In this document: positions 19,851-29,100 of the stretch, piece by piece
Layout of the letters: each line of letters begins with the position of its first letter
How positions within the stretch are numbered: the first letter of the stretch is position 1
Source of the DNA: a virus
Taxonomy: Duplodnaviria; Caudoviricetes
Strand: one strand, 5' to 3'
IMG/VR virus record: IMGVR_UViG_3300027754_000035
Length of the DNA: 64,000 nt
Made by a program: the position numbers and the translations under genes
The notes under the pieces: generated by a model
Seen by the model: the letters and a program-made list of their open reading frames with translations, nothing else
Databases searched by the model: none
Told to the model about the DNA's origin: nothing

Positions 19851-20475
19851 CATAAAAATGATTGTTGATGTAAATAATATTGGTATTTACAGTTGCGCTC
19901 AGAGTAATATATCCGATGCAGTATTGGAGTGCCAACAAAAGGTTTTCAACAAATTTGGACTCGCTATTCAACAAGATATAGTAACTTTTTCTCATGGTGA
20001 ATATCTCAATTACGTCGTAAATACCACCGATAAAGAGTATGTCATCTTTTTTGATATCGATTGTATACCACTATCTGTCAATTTTTATTCAATAATTAAA
20101 GCAGATATGGAAAATGGCTTTTTAAGCGGAGCAATAGGGTGTGCCAATCATTTAGCACCAAATGAGGTGTATGTACATCCGTGCTTTATGGGATTTAGCA
20201 TGAAATTCTATAATGAATGTGGCCGACCAAACTTGGGTGCATACGGAGATTGTGATGCTGGTCAGAGGTTTACAAAATACTGTGTGCAATTAGGTAAACC
20301 AGTTAAGTATTGGGAAATTACGGATAGTGGTGATACTACATGGGCAATGGCTCCTCGAAACACACGGTTTGGACATCCCACTGTTTTTGAAAACATGATC
20401 TATCACCAATATGAGTCAAGGGTTGAACTGTATCAAGAAATGTTTATCAACAAATGTCATCAACTTCTACAGTGA
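19840..20475 (+). CDS. Putative GT-A glycosyltransferase
   Basis: VIFFDIDCIPL (DxD), HPCF, DAGQ, YHQY. Confidence 0.6.
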   Translation: MNSNIKMIVDVNNIGIYSCAQSNISDAVLECQQKVFNKFGLAIQQDIVTFSHGEYLNYVVNTTDKEYVIFFDIDCIPLSVNFYSIIKADMENGFLSGAIGCANHLAPNEVYVHPCFMGFSMKFYNECGRPNLGAYGDCDAGQRFTKYCVQLGKPVKYWEITDSGDTTWAMAPRNTRFGHPTVFENMIYHQYESRVELYQEMFINKCHQLLQ

Positions 20476-21070
20476 GTCTGACGTTATATCTTATGTGGTT
20501 ATATCTGTAGAACGGCATGTTCCAATCCTCGACGTATACTTTCGAAGCAAATTGATCAAACCATTCTTTTGTAAAAAAACCTATATCTGGCTTTTTGGAT
20601 ACTCGAATCATTTGATTTTGCTCAACACAGTGTGCGTTTGGAACGTCAAAAAAACAAACGTTTTTCTTGGCCAAACTCATAGCTTTTTCTACAAACAATT
20701 GGGTTTTATCTGAGTCAATGTACTGAAGTGCGCTAAAGCATATCACGGTGTCAAACTTTTTCTCAAACTGCATGTCCAAAAAATTTCCACATATGAACTC
20801 AACGTCGTGGTGTTGTTTGGTTGCAAACTCTATTTGTTCTTTTGAAAAATCAACCCCAAGTTTGTTTTGGCAGTTTAATTTACTGACTAACATACCAGTA
20901 CCGCATCCAATATCCAAAACCGAATCCGAGGCTGTGATGTTTGCAAAGTGATTAACATACGGTATTCGTAGATCGTTAAATGCCGTGTCCATAATTTCCC
21001 ATCCGTTTCGTTCAACTTCGGTGACGGTTTCTGGCTTTTGTTTGTTCCAAATATTGTACCAATCAGTCAT
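20447..21070 (-). CDS. Class I SAM-dependent methyltransferase
   Basis: VLDIGCGTG, GVDFS..QI, KFDTVICFSALQY; start set at MTDWY. Confidence 0.88.
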   Translation of the reverse strand: MTDWYNIWNKQKPETVTEVERNGWEIMDTAFNDLRIPYVNHFANITASDSVLDIGCGTGMLVSKLNCQNKLGVDFSKEQIEFATKQHHDVEFICGNFLDMQFEKKFDTVICFSALQYIDSDKTQLFVEKAMSLAKKNVCFFDVPNAHCVEQNQMIRVSKKPDIGFFTKEWFDQFASKVYVEDWNMPFYRYNHIRYNVRLTVEVDDIC

Positions 21071-21077
21071 ATACGAA

Positions 21078-21668
21078 TTATTGTTTGAACTGAAATACTC
21101 CCACCGATTCAACAATTTTTAACAATTGTATATTTGGTCCCACCACCATATCAATTAAATCAGGTCGAAATCCAACATCGTGAAATGCCCAAACACACTC
21201 GGGTTTACTCAACGAAATTATTTTTGGAAGATTGATTCTAATCTCGTTTTCATCATGGGTAGCATCACAAAATATCAATTCATATTGTTTGTCGATGATT
21301 GTGTGAAAGTTTTCGCAATGTAGGTTCACATATTGGAGTAGATTGTAGCGTGATAAGTGCTCGGTTGCTACCTCCAACACATCTTTATTTGTAGCAAATA
21401 CATACTTATTAAGCAACTCATTGTGCTGAACACCACCATGAATTTGGTTGTAAAATTCCACAAATTGTTCTTGGGTTTTGAAGTTGATATCATATGAATC
21501 AAACTCTATGTTTTTGTTGGCAATAGCGTCACATATTACCGATGTGCTTCTACCAAAAAAGAATCCTACTTCCAATATTGACCCAGTTGTTTTATTGGCT
21601 AGATCCCACAAACAATCCGCTTCTACATCTCCAAACCAACCTGGTATTTGTTGATAATATTTATTCAT
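21078..21668 (-). CDS. Class I SAM-dependent methyltransferase (Methyltransf_24-like)
   Basis: IPGWF, ILEVGFFFGRST, LIFCDATH, AFHD. Confidence 0.85.
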   Translation of the reverse strand: MNKYYQQIPGWFGDVEADCLWDLANKTTGSILEVGFFFGRSTSVICDAIANKNIEFDSYDINFKTQEQFVEFYNQIHGGVQHNELLNKYVFATNKDVLEVATEHLSRYNLLQYVNLHCENFHTIIDKQYELIFCDATHDENEIRINLPKIISLSKPECVWAFHDVGFRPDLIDMVVGPNIQLLKIVESVGVFQFKQ

Positions 21669-22246
21669 AATTCAATTTTGAATGTTTTTTTGTAAAACGT
21701 ACACGACTGCCAATCAAACACATACTCACCGATCATGTTATATGGGGGTGTTGATAAATCGACGGGTGTATAATCTCCGTCCAAGATGATACCATTGACT
21801 GATTCGGATATATCGTTTGTAAACAGACACAGTTTTTGGTTGCCGACCACACGCAGCAACTTTTGAACATTTGTTGGAAACAAGTGCTGACACACATCTT
21901 TACACAATACCAAGTCAAACTGCTTGGTTGGAACATATTCCAAAATAGAATTGCACACAAATTCAACATTGTGTTTTCCAAAATTATTTGTGTTTTGATC
22001 AATTACGCTCTGAACTATGTCGATGCCCAAATAATGGTCTATTTTATCAAAATTGAAATGTTGCATCAAATTAAAATCACCGCAACCCAAATCCAATATG
22101 GAGCGCACATTGCGTATTGCACAGAACTCTTGTATAAAGTCTAAATATGGTTTAGAACATTCGATACTGGATCCTGGCCCACTCATAGGTCCATTTCCAC
22201 GTTGCCAAGTTTTGTTTTTGTAAATTTTTTCAAATGCTTCTTTCAT
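21665..22246 (-). CDS. Class I SAM-dependent methyltransferase (paralog of 26068-26655)
   Basis: FEKIY..KTW...SGPGS, ILDLGCGD, YLGIDIV, DLVLCKDV.QHL, DL..PPYN. Confidence 0.88.
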   Translation of the reverse strand: MKEAFEKIYKNKTWQRGNGPMSGPGSSIECSKPYLDFIQEFCAIRNVRSILDLGCGDFNLMQHFNFDKIDHYLGIDIVQSVIDQNTNNFGKHNVEFVCNSILEYVPTKQFDLVLCKDVCQHLFPTNVQKLLRVVGNQKLCLFTNDISESVNGIILDGDYTPVDLSTPPYNMIGEYVFDWQSCTFYKKTFKIEL

Positions 22247-22980
22247 ATATATTTTTTAGCATAATGTGCATATGTGCAGTTCGAATTACGAATCCAATTT
22301 TCATCTATGTGTTGAATATAAGGCCAGGCTACGTGTTCCCACAAATGTAATGCGTAACCGTCGGATCTGTCAACGTGGTGTTCATATATTTTAGGAAGCT
22401 GTGTGTCGTTGCAGTCTGGAATGAAAAATGCAGAACTATCCAATTTTGTGATCAAGTTAGGATGGGTTTGTGACAATAAGTCTGGAACTATCACACTGTG
22501 CTGGTCCCACTGTTGGTGGTTGAATGATCTGTATTCGTTGTACCATATCTTACCAAATTCAGACTCTTTTTCCGATAACATGATGGCATTGCACAATCCA
22601 CGATTGACTTGAGTAGCCATTACAAATTTTTCGGTGAGTAAGTCATCAAATGGTTTTAGACACAAAGTGTCGCAATCCAAATAAATACCACCCAACTCAA
22701 TCAATTTTGTCAATCGTACAATATCGGACTGATGAGCATAGTGTAATATACGATTACCAAATATTTCTGTTGGTGGCTCAACTTTTACTATTTCAACAAG
22801 ATGGCGAATACCTTCCCAGTATACATTATTTTTGGGTTCGTATTTGCAATACATGTACATCTTCTCTGGTTTTAATGTTGCATGTGCCGATCTGATAGCT
22901 ATGTTGTGAATCAAATGAAATGGTTTGCCCCCAAAATCGGGGGTCATTCCAAAAACAAAGTGGACGATTTTTGGTATCAT
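22243..22980 (-). CDS. GT32-like DxD glycosyltransferase
   Basis: MIPKIVHFV, HQSDIVRL..L.E.GGIYLDCD, CNAIM, LHLW. Confidence 0.88.
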   Translation of the reverse strand: MIPKIVHFVFGMTPDFGGKPFHLIHNIAIRSAHATLKPEKMYMYCKYEPKNNVYWEGIRHLVEIVKVEPPTEIFGNRILHYAHQSDIVRLTKLIELGGIYLDCDTLCLKPFDDLLTEKFVMATQVNRGLCNAIMLSEKESEFGKIWYNEYRSFNHQQWDQHSVIVPDLLSQTHPNLITKLDSSAFFIPDCNDTQLPKIYEHHVDRSDGYALHLWEHVAWPYIQHIDENWIRNSNCTYAHYAKKYI

Positions 22981-23987
22981 AAATATTGTGTAATTTCGGT
23001 GCCTAAAATAGATTTAAGTTTGCTGCTACAAATGTTTGTAGTTCTATCAATCAAATGCAATCTGTCATTACTAACAGGATACATTTTGGCAATATACTCG
23101 GGTGCTTCTCTTCCAGCAACAACATAGTCGGCACATTCATCGTCAAGTACTGCGTCTGTTGTTACCAATGGTGCATTTTCAGCCACACGATCCACATACT
23201 TACACGATCTTACCATTTCTAAACGTTGTTCATATGGAATAATTGGTTTTGGTTTGTGGGTAATAGCATCGTCGGAATGTACGCCCACAACAACCTCATC
23301 AAAACGTTCTTTCATACGCTGAAATAAACGCACATGACCAACATGCATTAAATCATACACGCCGGATGTATATGCTACAACTTTGCGTAGAGGTCGGTTT
23401 ACATTACGAGTTACGTGTGACCAAGGAGTGTTAAGTTTTTGGCAATGTATTTCCGCAGTCATTAGATTGTCTCCATAACGATACCTTAAAAACTTTTCAA
23501 CGTGCCGGGGTGCGGGCAATGTTTTGTCGCTCAATCGTATTGTTTCCAATTCATCAATAAAAAAGTTGTGACATTCAAAATCAAAAAACTTCAAGCGGGA
23601 TTTGCAACCGATGGCATCTGCATATACCATATAAATGTCAAATCTAAGTCCCGCATTTGTTGCGTTGTTGACACGATCACGATTTTCAATCATCAATTGG
23701 TATATTTTTGACGGATCACGACCAGTACATACATTTAACCAATATTTTCCAACTTGATTGTATTCTTTTATTACATCGTCTACTTTACCAATTACCCAGT
23801 GTTCTTCCACGAACACACACAGATCTATATCGTAGTCGTGCCCAATAATTGTACCTTCTCTGAAAGCTCCTAGTAGTGTTCCAAAATCTATCCAATTTTT
23901 GACACCATTTTTGGTTAGTGCTGTGGAAATATCATGTAGAACCTCAATTGAGGCGTCCGCAATTTCGGTGGGCGTCTGTATATTCAT
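22977..23987 (-). CDS. licD: LicD-family phosphotransferase fused to a TagD-type cytidylyltransferase
   Basis: N-half WIDFGTLLGAFREG.II.HDYDIDL, DIY, FLRYRYGD; C-half YTSGVYDLMHVGH, VGVHSD, KPII..EQR, SSKLK. Confidence 0.88.
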   Translation of the reverse strand: MNIQTPTEIADASIEVLHDISTALTKNGVKNWIDFGTLLGAFREGTIIGHDYDIDLCVFVEEHWVIGKVDDVIKEYNQVGKYWLNVCTGRDPSKIYQLMIENRDRVNNATNAGLRFDIYMVYADAIGCKSRLKFFDFECHNFFIDELETIRLSDKTLPAPRHVEKFLRYRYGDNLMTAEIHCQKLNTPWSHVTRNVNRPLRKVVAYTSGVYDLMHVGHVRLFQRMKERFDEVVVGVHSDDAITHKPKPIIPYEQRLEMVRSCKYVDRVAENAPLVTTDAVLDDECADYVVAGREAPEYIAKMYPVSNDRLHLIDRTTNICSSKLKSILGTEITQYL

Positions 23988-23989
23988 AA

Positions 23990-24003
23990 CTACTTATAAG
24001 TAG
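23990..24003. promoter_or_regulatory. Perfect 14-bp palindrome CTACTTATAAGTAG giving the late-type motif on both strands
   Basis: Sits in the 27-nt gap between divergent genes starting at 23987 (-) and 24015 (+). Confidence 0.65.
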
Positions 24004-24014
24004 AAAGAAATACT

Positions 24015-24626
24015 GTGCGGATTTCATTACAACATACCAAATGCGTATTATTGACCGTTGAAAAATACCGTCAACGATATTTGGAAGTAATGGAACGTAT
24101 AACGGACAAATTAACAGCTACACCTTTTTATGGATTTGATCTGCCTAGACCACACGGTTTCAATAACTCAATAATCAAGCTTTACAATTCGGTTGTGCCT
24201 CCAGTTTTAATCATTGAGGACGATGTGGACCTAACAGAACATTATATCAATGAATTTGATGTTCCTGATGATGCCGATGCCGTGTATTTGGGTACATCAT
24301 CGTGGGGAGGAAAAAATGGAATAAGTGCGTGGAAAAATATTGAATTAATTCCACATGATGATCTGCTTTTTAGAGTTGATGGTGTTGCAACCACCCACGC
24401 AATATTGTATTTATCTAACCGATATCTCGATCATATTTGCAACATCACTTTCAAACAATATCCTCAAAACACCGACCGATGTCTTGACTATTATATTGCT
24501 CAAGAACACAGTAAGTTTAACATTTATGCGTGTCGTAAACCCATGTTTTACCAAAACGACGGCGGCAATGTTTTTTTAACTAGTTATAGTTTACAACAAG
24601 TTTATCAAGATAAGTATGGCACGTAG
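24015..24626 (+). CDS. Glycosyltransferase family 25-like
   Basis: VLIIEDDV, DADAVYLG, TTHAILY..Y, PMFYQ; GTG start. Confidence 0.65.
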   Translation: MRISLQHTKCVLLTVEKYRQRYLEVMERITDKLTATPFYGFDLPRPHGFNNSIIKLYNSVVPPVLIIEDDVDLTEHYINEFDVPDDADAVYLGTSSWGGKNGISAWKNIELIPHDDLLFRVDGVATTHAILYLSNRYLDHICNITFKQYPQNTDRCLDYYIAQEHSKFNIYACRKPMFYQNDGGNVFLTSYSLQQVYQDKYGT

Positions 24627-25341
24627 AAAATTATTTACATATTGGGAGGGTCCAAAACCTGAGTTCGTAACAATGTGCGAGGAAATTATTGCGCACAGAG
24701 TTCAACACACATTTGATTATATACGCCTCACACCAGAAAATTTGTATGAGTACATACCATATGAAGAATTTCCCCCAAATTATCATCTGATCAAAGTAAT
24801 TGCTCATAAAGCAGACTACTTACGTTGTCTGTTGATGATACACCACGGTGGCATTTGGTTAGATGTAGATCAAATTCTATTGAACGATTTGTCTTGTATC
24901 GGTGAGTTGTTGAACACCCACGATTATGTATCTTATGAATGGGCACCACAATGCCCGTCAATAGGGTTTATAGCTGCCAACCCACAAAACATATTTTTTG
25001 AACAATGGCGAGATAGTATGCGTGAACAACTGTCGGCTGACTACCAATTTCCATGGGTAGGATTAAGTTATGATCTTATGTGGCCGATGTTGCAGCAGCT
25101 ATTACGAGAAGATAAACTTAAATATTATGCATTTCCAGCAACAAGTAGTTTTGCACCACTGAGTCATGAACAGTTAGATTGTTATTTTGAACCCAACAAT
25201 TGCAGCATAAATACTCAAGGATTATACTCAGTAAAATTGTACAATTCTCAATTTCCACAATGGTTCAAAAATGCATCACGACAAGAGATACTACAAAGAG
25301 ATTGTTGGATATCACATCTTTTTAGAGAGAATTTACCATAG
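24616..25341 (+). CDS. Capsular polysaccharide synthesis (Caps_synth/GT32-like) glycosyltransferase
   Basis: LFTYWEG, AHKADYLR..L..HGGIWLDVD, GFIAA. Confidence 0.82.
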   Translation: MARRKLFTYWEGPKPEFVTMCEEIIAHRVQHTFDYIRLTPENLYEYIPYEEFPPNYHLIKVIAHKADYLRCLLMIHHGGIWLDVDQILLNDLSCIGELLNTHDYVSYEWAPQCPSIGFIAANPQNIFFEQWRDSMREQLSADYQFPWVGLSYDLMWPMLQQLLREDKLKYYAFPATSSFAPLSHEQLDCYFEPNNCSINTQGLYSVKLYNSQFPQWFKNASRQEILQRDCWISHLFRENLP

Positions 25342-25359
25342 ATCATCATATTTATATTT

Positions 25360-25860
25360 ATGCCAAACCTTAAAGAATTGGGTGATCTAGGTGATAGAAT
25401 GATGCAAGGACTTCCTTTTGGTCAAGGAGGTGCTGTTAGTGGTACATCAAATCTGGATACATTCAGCAGCCCAGATGTTACCCAAGACCCCAGTAAATTC
25501 GGTACTTTATCCGACAAAAGTAATCTTACAGCCGCTGATACACAGGCTGCGGTTACTCCATTTGGACCTTTTACTGGTCAAAATCCATGGGACTATGTTC
25601 GTGATGTAGAACAAATTAAGTACAAAGTCACTCCAGATGAAGTTATTACTGGTATGGATTACGAAATGAAAAAGTTGGTTTTGAAAGATCGTCAGGTTGC
25701 CAGAACCAATGTGGTCAAAAATCTAAAGAAAGATCCCAAATACTATAGTAAGTTGCATATGTTGGGAGTATTTCCCGACGAAAAAGATGAGGCTTTGATG
25801 GAAGTGATGGTCACGCTCAAAGCACAAAAATACGCAATCCATAGAAGAGAATACTTCTGA
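25360..25860 (+). CDS. Hypothetical protein with a divergent DUF5661-like segment
   Basis: ITGMDYEM....DRQVAR..V.KNLKKDPKYYSKL aligns with the DUF5661-like block in 26698-27990; late motif upstream. Confidence 0.5.
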   Translation: MPNLKELGDLGDRMMQGLPFGQGGAVSGTSNLDTFSSPDVTQDPSKFGTLSDKSNLTAADTQAAVTPFGPFTGQNPWDYVRDVEQIKYKVTPDEVITGMDYEMKKLVLKDRQVARTNVVKNLKKDPKYYSKLHMLGVFPDEKDEALMEVMVTLKAQKYAIHRREYF

Positions 25861-25861
25861 T

Positions 25862-26065
25862 ATGAGTAATAATTTTGCAAATAGTCAAAAGCCACAGTAC
25901 CGTACCCCAAAAAATCTACCAGGTAACTGGGATTATGTGGGTGATGGTAAATTGCACGACCCAACCATAAATAATCCAGCTATGCATGGTCGTAGATGGA
26001 TGATTGACTATGGCTACAATAGTGGCAAAACTTATGACAAGTTTGTACAAGGACTAAAGAAGTAG
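25862..26065 (+). CDS. Small hypothetical protein
   Basis: Fills the gap between co-oriented genes with 1-2 nt spacing. Confidence 0.55.
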   Translation: MSNNFANSQKPQYRTPKNLPGNWDYVGDGKLHDPTINNPAMHGRRWMIDYGYNSGKTYDKFVQGLKK

Positions 26066-26067
26066 TC

Positions 26068-26655
26068 ATGGACTCTGTAAAAAGCATATTTGAAAACATT
26101 TATGTTAATAATGTTTGGGATGGTCCAGAGAGTCGGTCTGGAACTGGATCTAGTTTAGACCAAACACAAAATCTTCGTAGTTGGCTACCAAAAATAATTG
26201 ACCGATATCAAATTACATCAATACTCGATGTTCCGTGTGGTGATTATTGGTGGATGCCACATGTTGACCTAAAAGGTGTACGATATGAAGGATGGGATAT
26301 TGTGGATGATATTATTGCCCACAATTCTCAAAAATATAAGAATGTTACGTTTCGAGTAAACAACATCATTGAGACTGTGCCATATGGTTTCGATTTGATA
26401 TTGTGTCGTGATCTTCTCAGCCATTTGTGTTTCAATGATGCGCTGTGTGCATTGAACAATTTCAAAAACAGTGGTGCAAAATATTTGATGGCAAATACAT
26501 ATGGGACATCGGATGTTAACATTGATATTGTCACTGGCAAGTGGTTACCAATTAATTTGCTAAAGTCTCCATACAATCTACCCCCGTATTTGGATTGCAT
26601 TGCTGACTGTGCAAATGGTATAAGCGATAAACAGATAGCAATATGGAAGTTGTGA
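26068..26655 (+). CDS. Class I SAM-dependent methyltransferase (paralog of 21665-22246)
   Basis: FENIY.NNVW..ESRSGTGS, ILDVPCGD, YEGWDIV, DLILCRD.L.HL, INL.KSPYN. Confidence 0.9.
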   Translation: MDSVKSIFENIYVNNVWDGPESRSGTGSSLDQTQNLRSWLPKIIDRYQITSILDVPCGDYWWMPHVDLKGVRYEGWDIVDDIIAHNSQKYKNVTFRVNNIIETVPYGFDLILCRDLLSHLCFNDALCALNNFKNSGAKYLMANTYGTSDVNIDIVTGKWLPINLLKSPYNLPPYLDCIADCANGISDKQIAIWKL

Positions 26656-26697
26656 AAGAAATTCACTCGTAATCAAAATATTGCAATATTTATCTAT

Positions 26698-27990
26698 ATG
26701 ATCAACAATCTTACCAAAAATATTAAGTTGTCGGGTGGTGTTGGTGACAACACACCAACTGAACAGGTTGATCCAAATCAATTGAGTATTGGTATTCAAA
26801 TCGAAATGGAACATACCAACGATGTCGCTATTGCGCAAGAAATAGCCATGGACCATTTGACCGAAGACCCCGAATACTATACCAAGTTGGTGAAGGCTGG
26901 TTTGGCAAAAGAATTTCAACCATCAACAAATAGTGGTTTTGGTGATCCAGATCAAAGCTTCAATGATGCTGCTCGTCTTGGCAAGTCTGTAACCGCAGGC
27001 CCTGGTAACAACATTGTTGGAACCATTGGCGGTACGCCAGATGGACACACAGATGGTCGCAACAGCGAACCGTTGGTCAATAAAACTATTGACATTGAAT
27101 TGGAATCCAAGAAATCTAAGAAGAAATCTGTGCCGAACAACTCCAAATTGTGGAGTAGAGCAAAGGCATTAGCCAAAGCCAAGTTTGATGTATATCCATC
27201 AGCTTATGCAAATGCTTGGGTATCCAAGTGGTACGAACAACAAGGTGGTGACTGGCATATGAGTGAAATTGATGATAGACTCAACAGAAATCCTATACAA
27301 GTTTTCGACGGTCCTGATCCCGCTGAAGTCAGTCCTGAAGGATCTGGTACTTTTGGTAGTGGATATGATTTTGTCGGATATGCAGAAAACAAGACTAATT
27401 CTATGAAACAACAAAAACTCAAGGAAATTATCAGACGCCTTGCCCTACAATATTTGAGGGAGCAAGAAGAAGTTGGTGCCACCGCTGCACCAGAAACCGA
27501 AACCCCAGATGTAGCCGCACCAGAGGCACCAGAGGCACCAGAGGCAAGTTCCGGTGAATCTGTCACTTTGACATTGGATCGTGACACTGCACAAAAATTA
27601 CATGATTTGTTGATGCAACAATTGCAATCTGGCGAAAGCACACCACCAGTGGATGATGCCGACAGCGAAGTTGAAACTGGCGGAAGTCAGACGGTTCAAA
27701 CTCCAGGCTCGGGTGCTCCATTTGGTAGCGATGAGGGTTCAGATGAAACCGCAATCGGTGAAATCACACATGAAGAATCCAAGGATATCGATGAAGCCAA
27801 GAAGAAATGGATTCAAAAGGCAATTCATAAGAGCAAAGAAGGTGCATTGCACAAGCAATTGGATGTACCACAAGGAGAAAAGATTCCAGTAGCCAAACTC
27901 GCAGCAGCAGCAAAAAAGGGTGGCAAGTTGGGTCAACGTGCTAGATTGGCACAAACCTTGAGCAAGCTGAAAAAGAAGAAGAATAAATAA
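26698..27990 (+). CDS. Composite acidic/basic protein: DUF5661-like N-terminus plus small phage modules; putative head-internal protein
   Basis: GIQIEMEHT.D...A.EIAMDHL.EDPEYYTKL; AKAKFDVYPSAYANAW; KQQKLKEIIR; KKWIQKAI...GALHKQL..RARLAQTL; late motif upstream. Confidence 0.6.
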   Translation: MINNLTKNIKLSGGVGDNTPTEQVDPNQLSIGIQIEMEHTNDVAIAQEIAMDHLTEDPEYYTKLVKAGLAKEFQPSTNSGFGDPDQSFNDAARLGKSVTAGPGNNIVGTIGGTPDGHTDGRNSEPLVNKTIDIELESKKSKKKSVPNNSKLWSRAKALAKAKFDVYPSAYANAWVSKWYEQQGGDWHMSEIDDRLNRNPIQVFDGPDPAEVSPEGSGTFGSGYDFVGYAENKTNSMKQQKLKEIIRRLALQYLREQEEVGATAAPETETPDVAAPEAPEAPEASSGESVTLTLDRDTAQKLHDLLMQQLQSGESTPPVDDADSEVETGGSQTVQTPGSGAPFGSDEGSDETAIGEITHEESKDIDEAKKKWIQKAIHKSKEGALHKQLDVPQGEKIPVAKLAAAAKKGGKLGQRARLAQTLSKLKKKKNK

Positions 27991-28029
27991 TCCAGTATCT
28001 TGACCGCCGCATATCCGATCAAAATAGGG

Positions 28030-28064
28030 ATCTCCGAGCAGATGTTGATCATCTGCTCGGAGAT
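28030..28064. terminator. Perfect 15-bp inverted repeat with 5-nt loop (terminator or other structured element)
   Basis: ATCTCCGAGCAGATG-TTGAT-CATCTGCTCGGAGAT in the intergenic gap; weak U-tract. Confidence 0.45.
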
Positions 28065-28099
28065 TTAACTTAAAAACATTTTATTTGAGTCTCAAAAAT

Positions 28100-29098
28100 A
28101 TGAACGAAATAAGCACAATGCCTGGGTATGCTAAATGGTATGACATGGCGAATAAAATAATTCCAAAGCTGCAAAAAATTAAAGCTGTTGGTAAAGCTAA
28201 AACCGCCGCAAAAGATATTGTAACGCAGAGTGCAGTCACCAATATTCTGGTTGCGATTGGTAAAACTGCACCAAAAATTTCTAAACAGTTGGAAGATTTG
28301 TTGAAGTATACGTTCACTCACCAAGATTTAACTAAGTTACACCAAAACGGTCGCATAGACCTCCAGATTTGGAGAGATCCATCCTACGACGGTGTTCTCA
28401 ATAACAAAGAAGTTGAGGAGGCACTAGCTATGAGCGAAGGCTGGAAGGATTGGGTAGCTGCTGGTGCAATTGGTTTGGGAGCATTGGCTGGTAACGACGT
28501 TCAAGCTTCCAAGCTTAAACCCACAGCACCAATTGCGCATTCCACTGTAAAAAGTAGTGATGTATCGTTGTTGAATCACAAAACCAGCGACTATGTTGGT
28601 CACTGGGAAGGTAAGAAACACTCGGTATACAAAGATAGTAACAATTTGGATACGATTGGTATTGGCCATTATATGAACAATACTGCTCAAGATCGTCAAT
28701 TATTTACCACACTGTTTGGTGATAAAGTAAACTACGACGATCTGTTGAGTGGCAAACAAAAACTCAGCGACGAGCAGATTGATAAATTGTTTAATGTTGA
28801 TGTAAAAATCAAAGAGAAATTGGCCAGCAAGAAAATTAACAATTTTGGTAGTCTACCAACCAATGTTAAAAATGCTATTATCAATGCTTTTTACAGAGGT
28901 GATATTGGACCCAAAACAATTGGGTTTATGAATGCTGGTAAATGGGGATCTGCCGCAAAAGAATATTTGAATCACCCCAATGCAAAAAGTGGCCCTGACC
29001 AAATTCAACGCAGAATGCGTACCAATGCTTTGGCACTTGCTCAATTTGCACAAAATCAAAAAGAGTATATAACGCAGAGTGATTACGTAATCGGATAA
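28100..29098 (+). CDS. Phage lysozyme (GH24-like) with long N-terminal extension
   Basis: HWEG....YKDS..LDTIGIGH (E-x8-D-x5-T triad), NAFYRGD, AAKEYL; internal hydrophobic GWKDWVAAGAIGLGALAG. Confidence 0.78.
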   Translation: MNEISTMPGYAKWYDMANKIIPKLQKIKAVGKAKTAAKDIVTQSAVTNILVAIGKTAPKISKQLEDLLKYTFTHQDLTKLHQNGRIDLQIWRDPSYDGVLNNKEVEEALAMSEGWKDWVAAGAIGLGALAGNDVQASKLKPTAPIAHSTVKSSDVSLLNHKTSDYVGHWEGKKHSVYKDSNNLDTIGIGHYMNNTAQDRQLFTTLFGDKVNYDDLLSGKQKLSDEQIDKLFNVDVKIKEKLASKKINNFGSLPTNVKNAIINAFYRGDIGPKTIGFMNAGKWGSAAKEYLNHPNAKSGPDQIQRRMRTNALALAQFAQNQKEYITQSDYVIG

Positions 29099-29100
29099 AT

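Noticed and set aside
2407-25341. Cellular capsule/O-antigen locus
   Set aside because: No Wzx/Wzy/Wza/ABC exporter or polyprenol-phosphate initiating transferase; embedded among phage replication, lysis and structural-type genes
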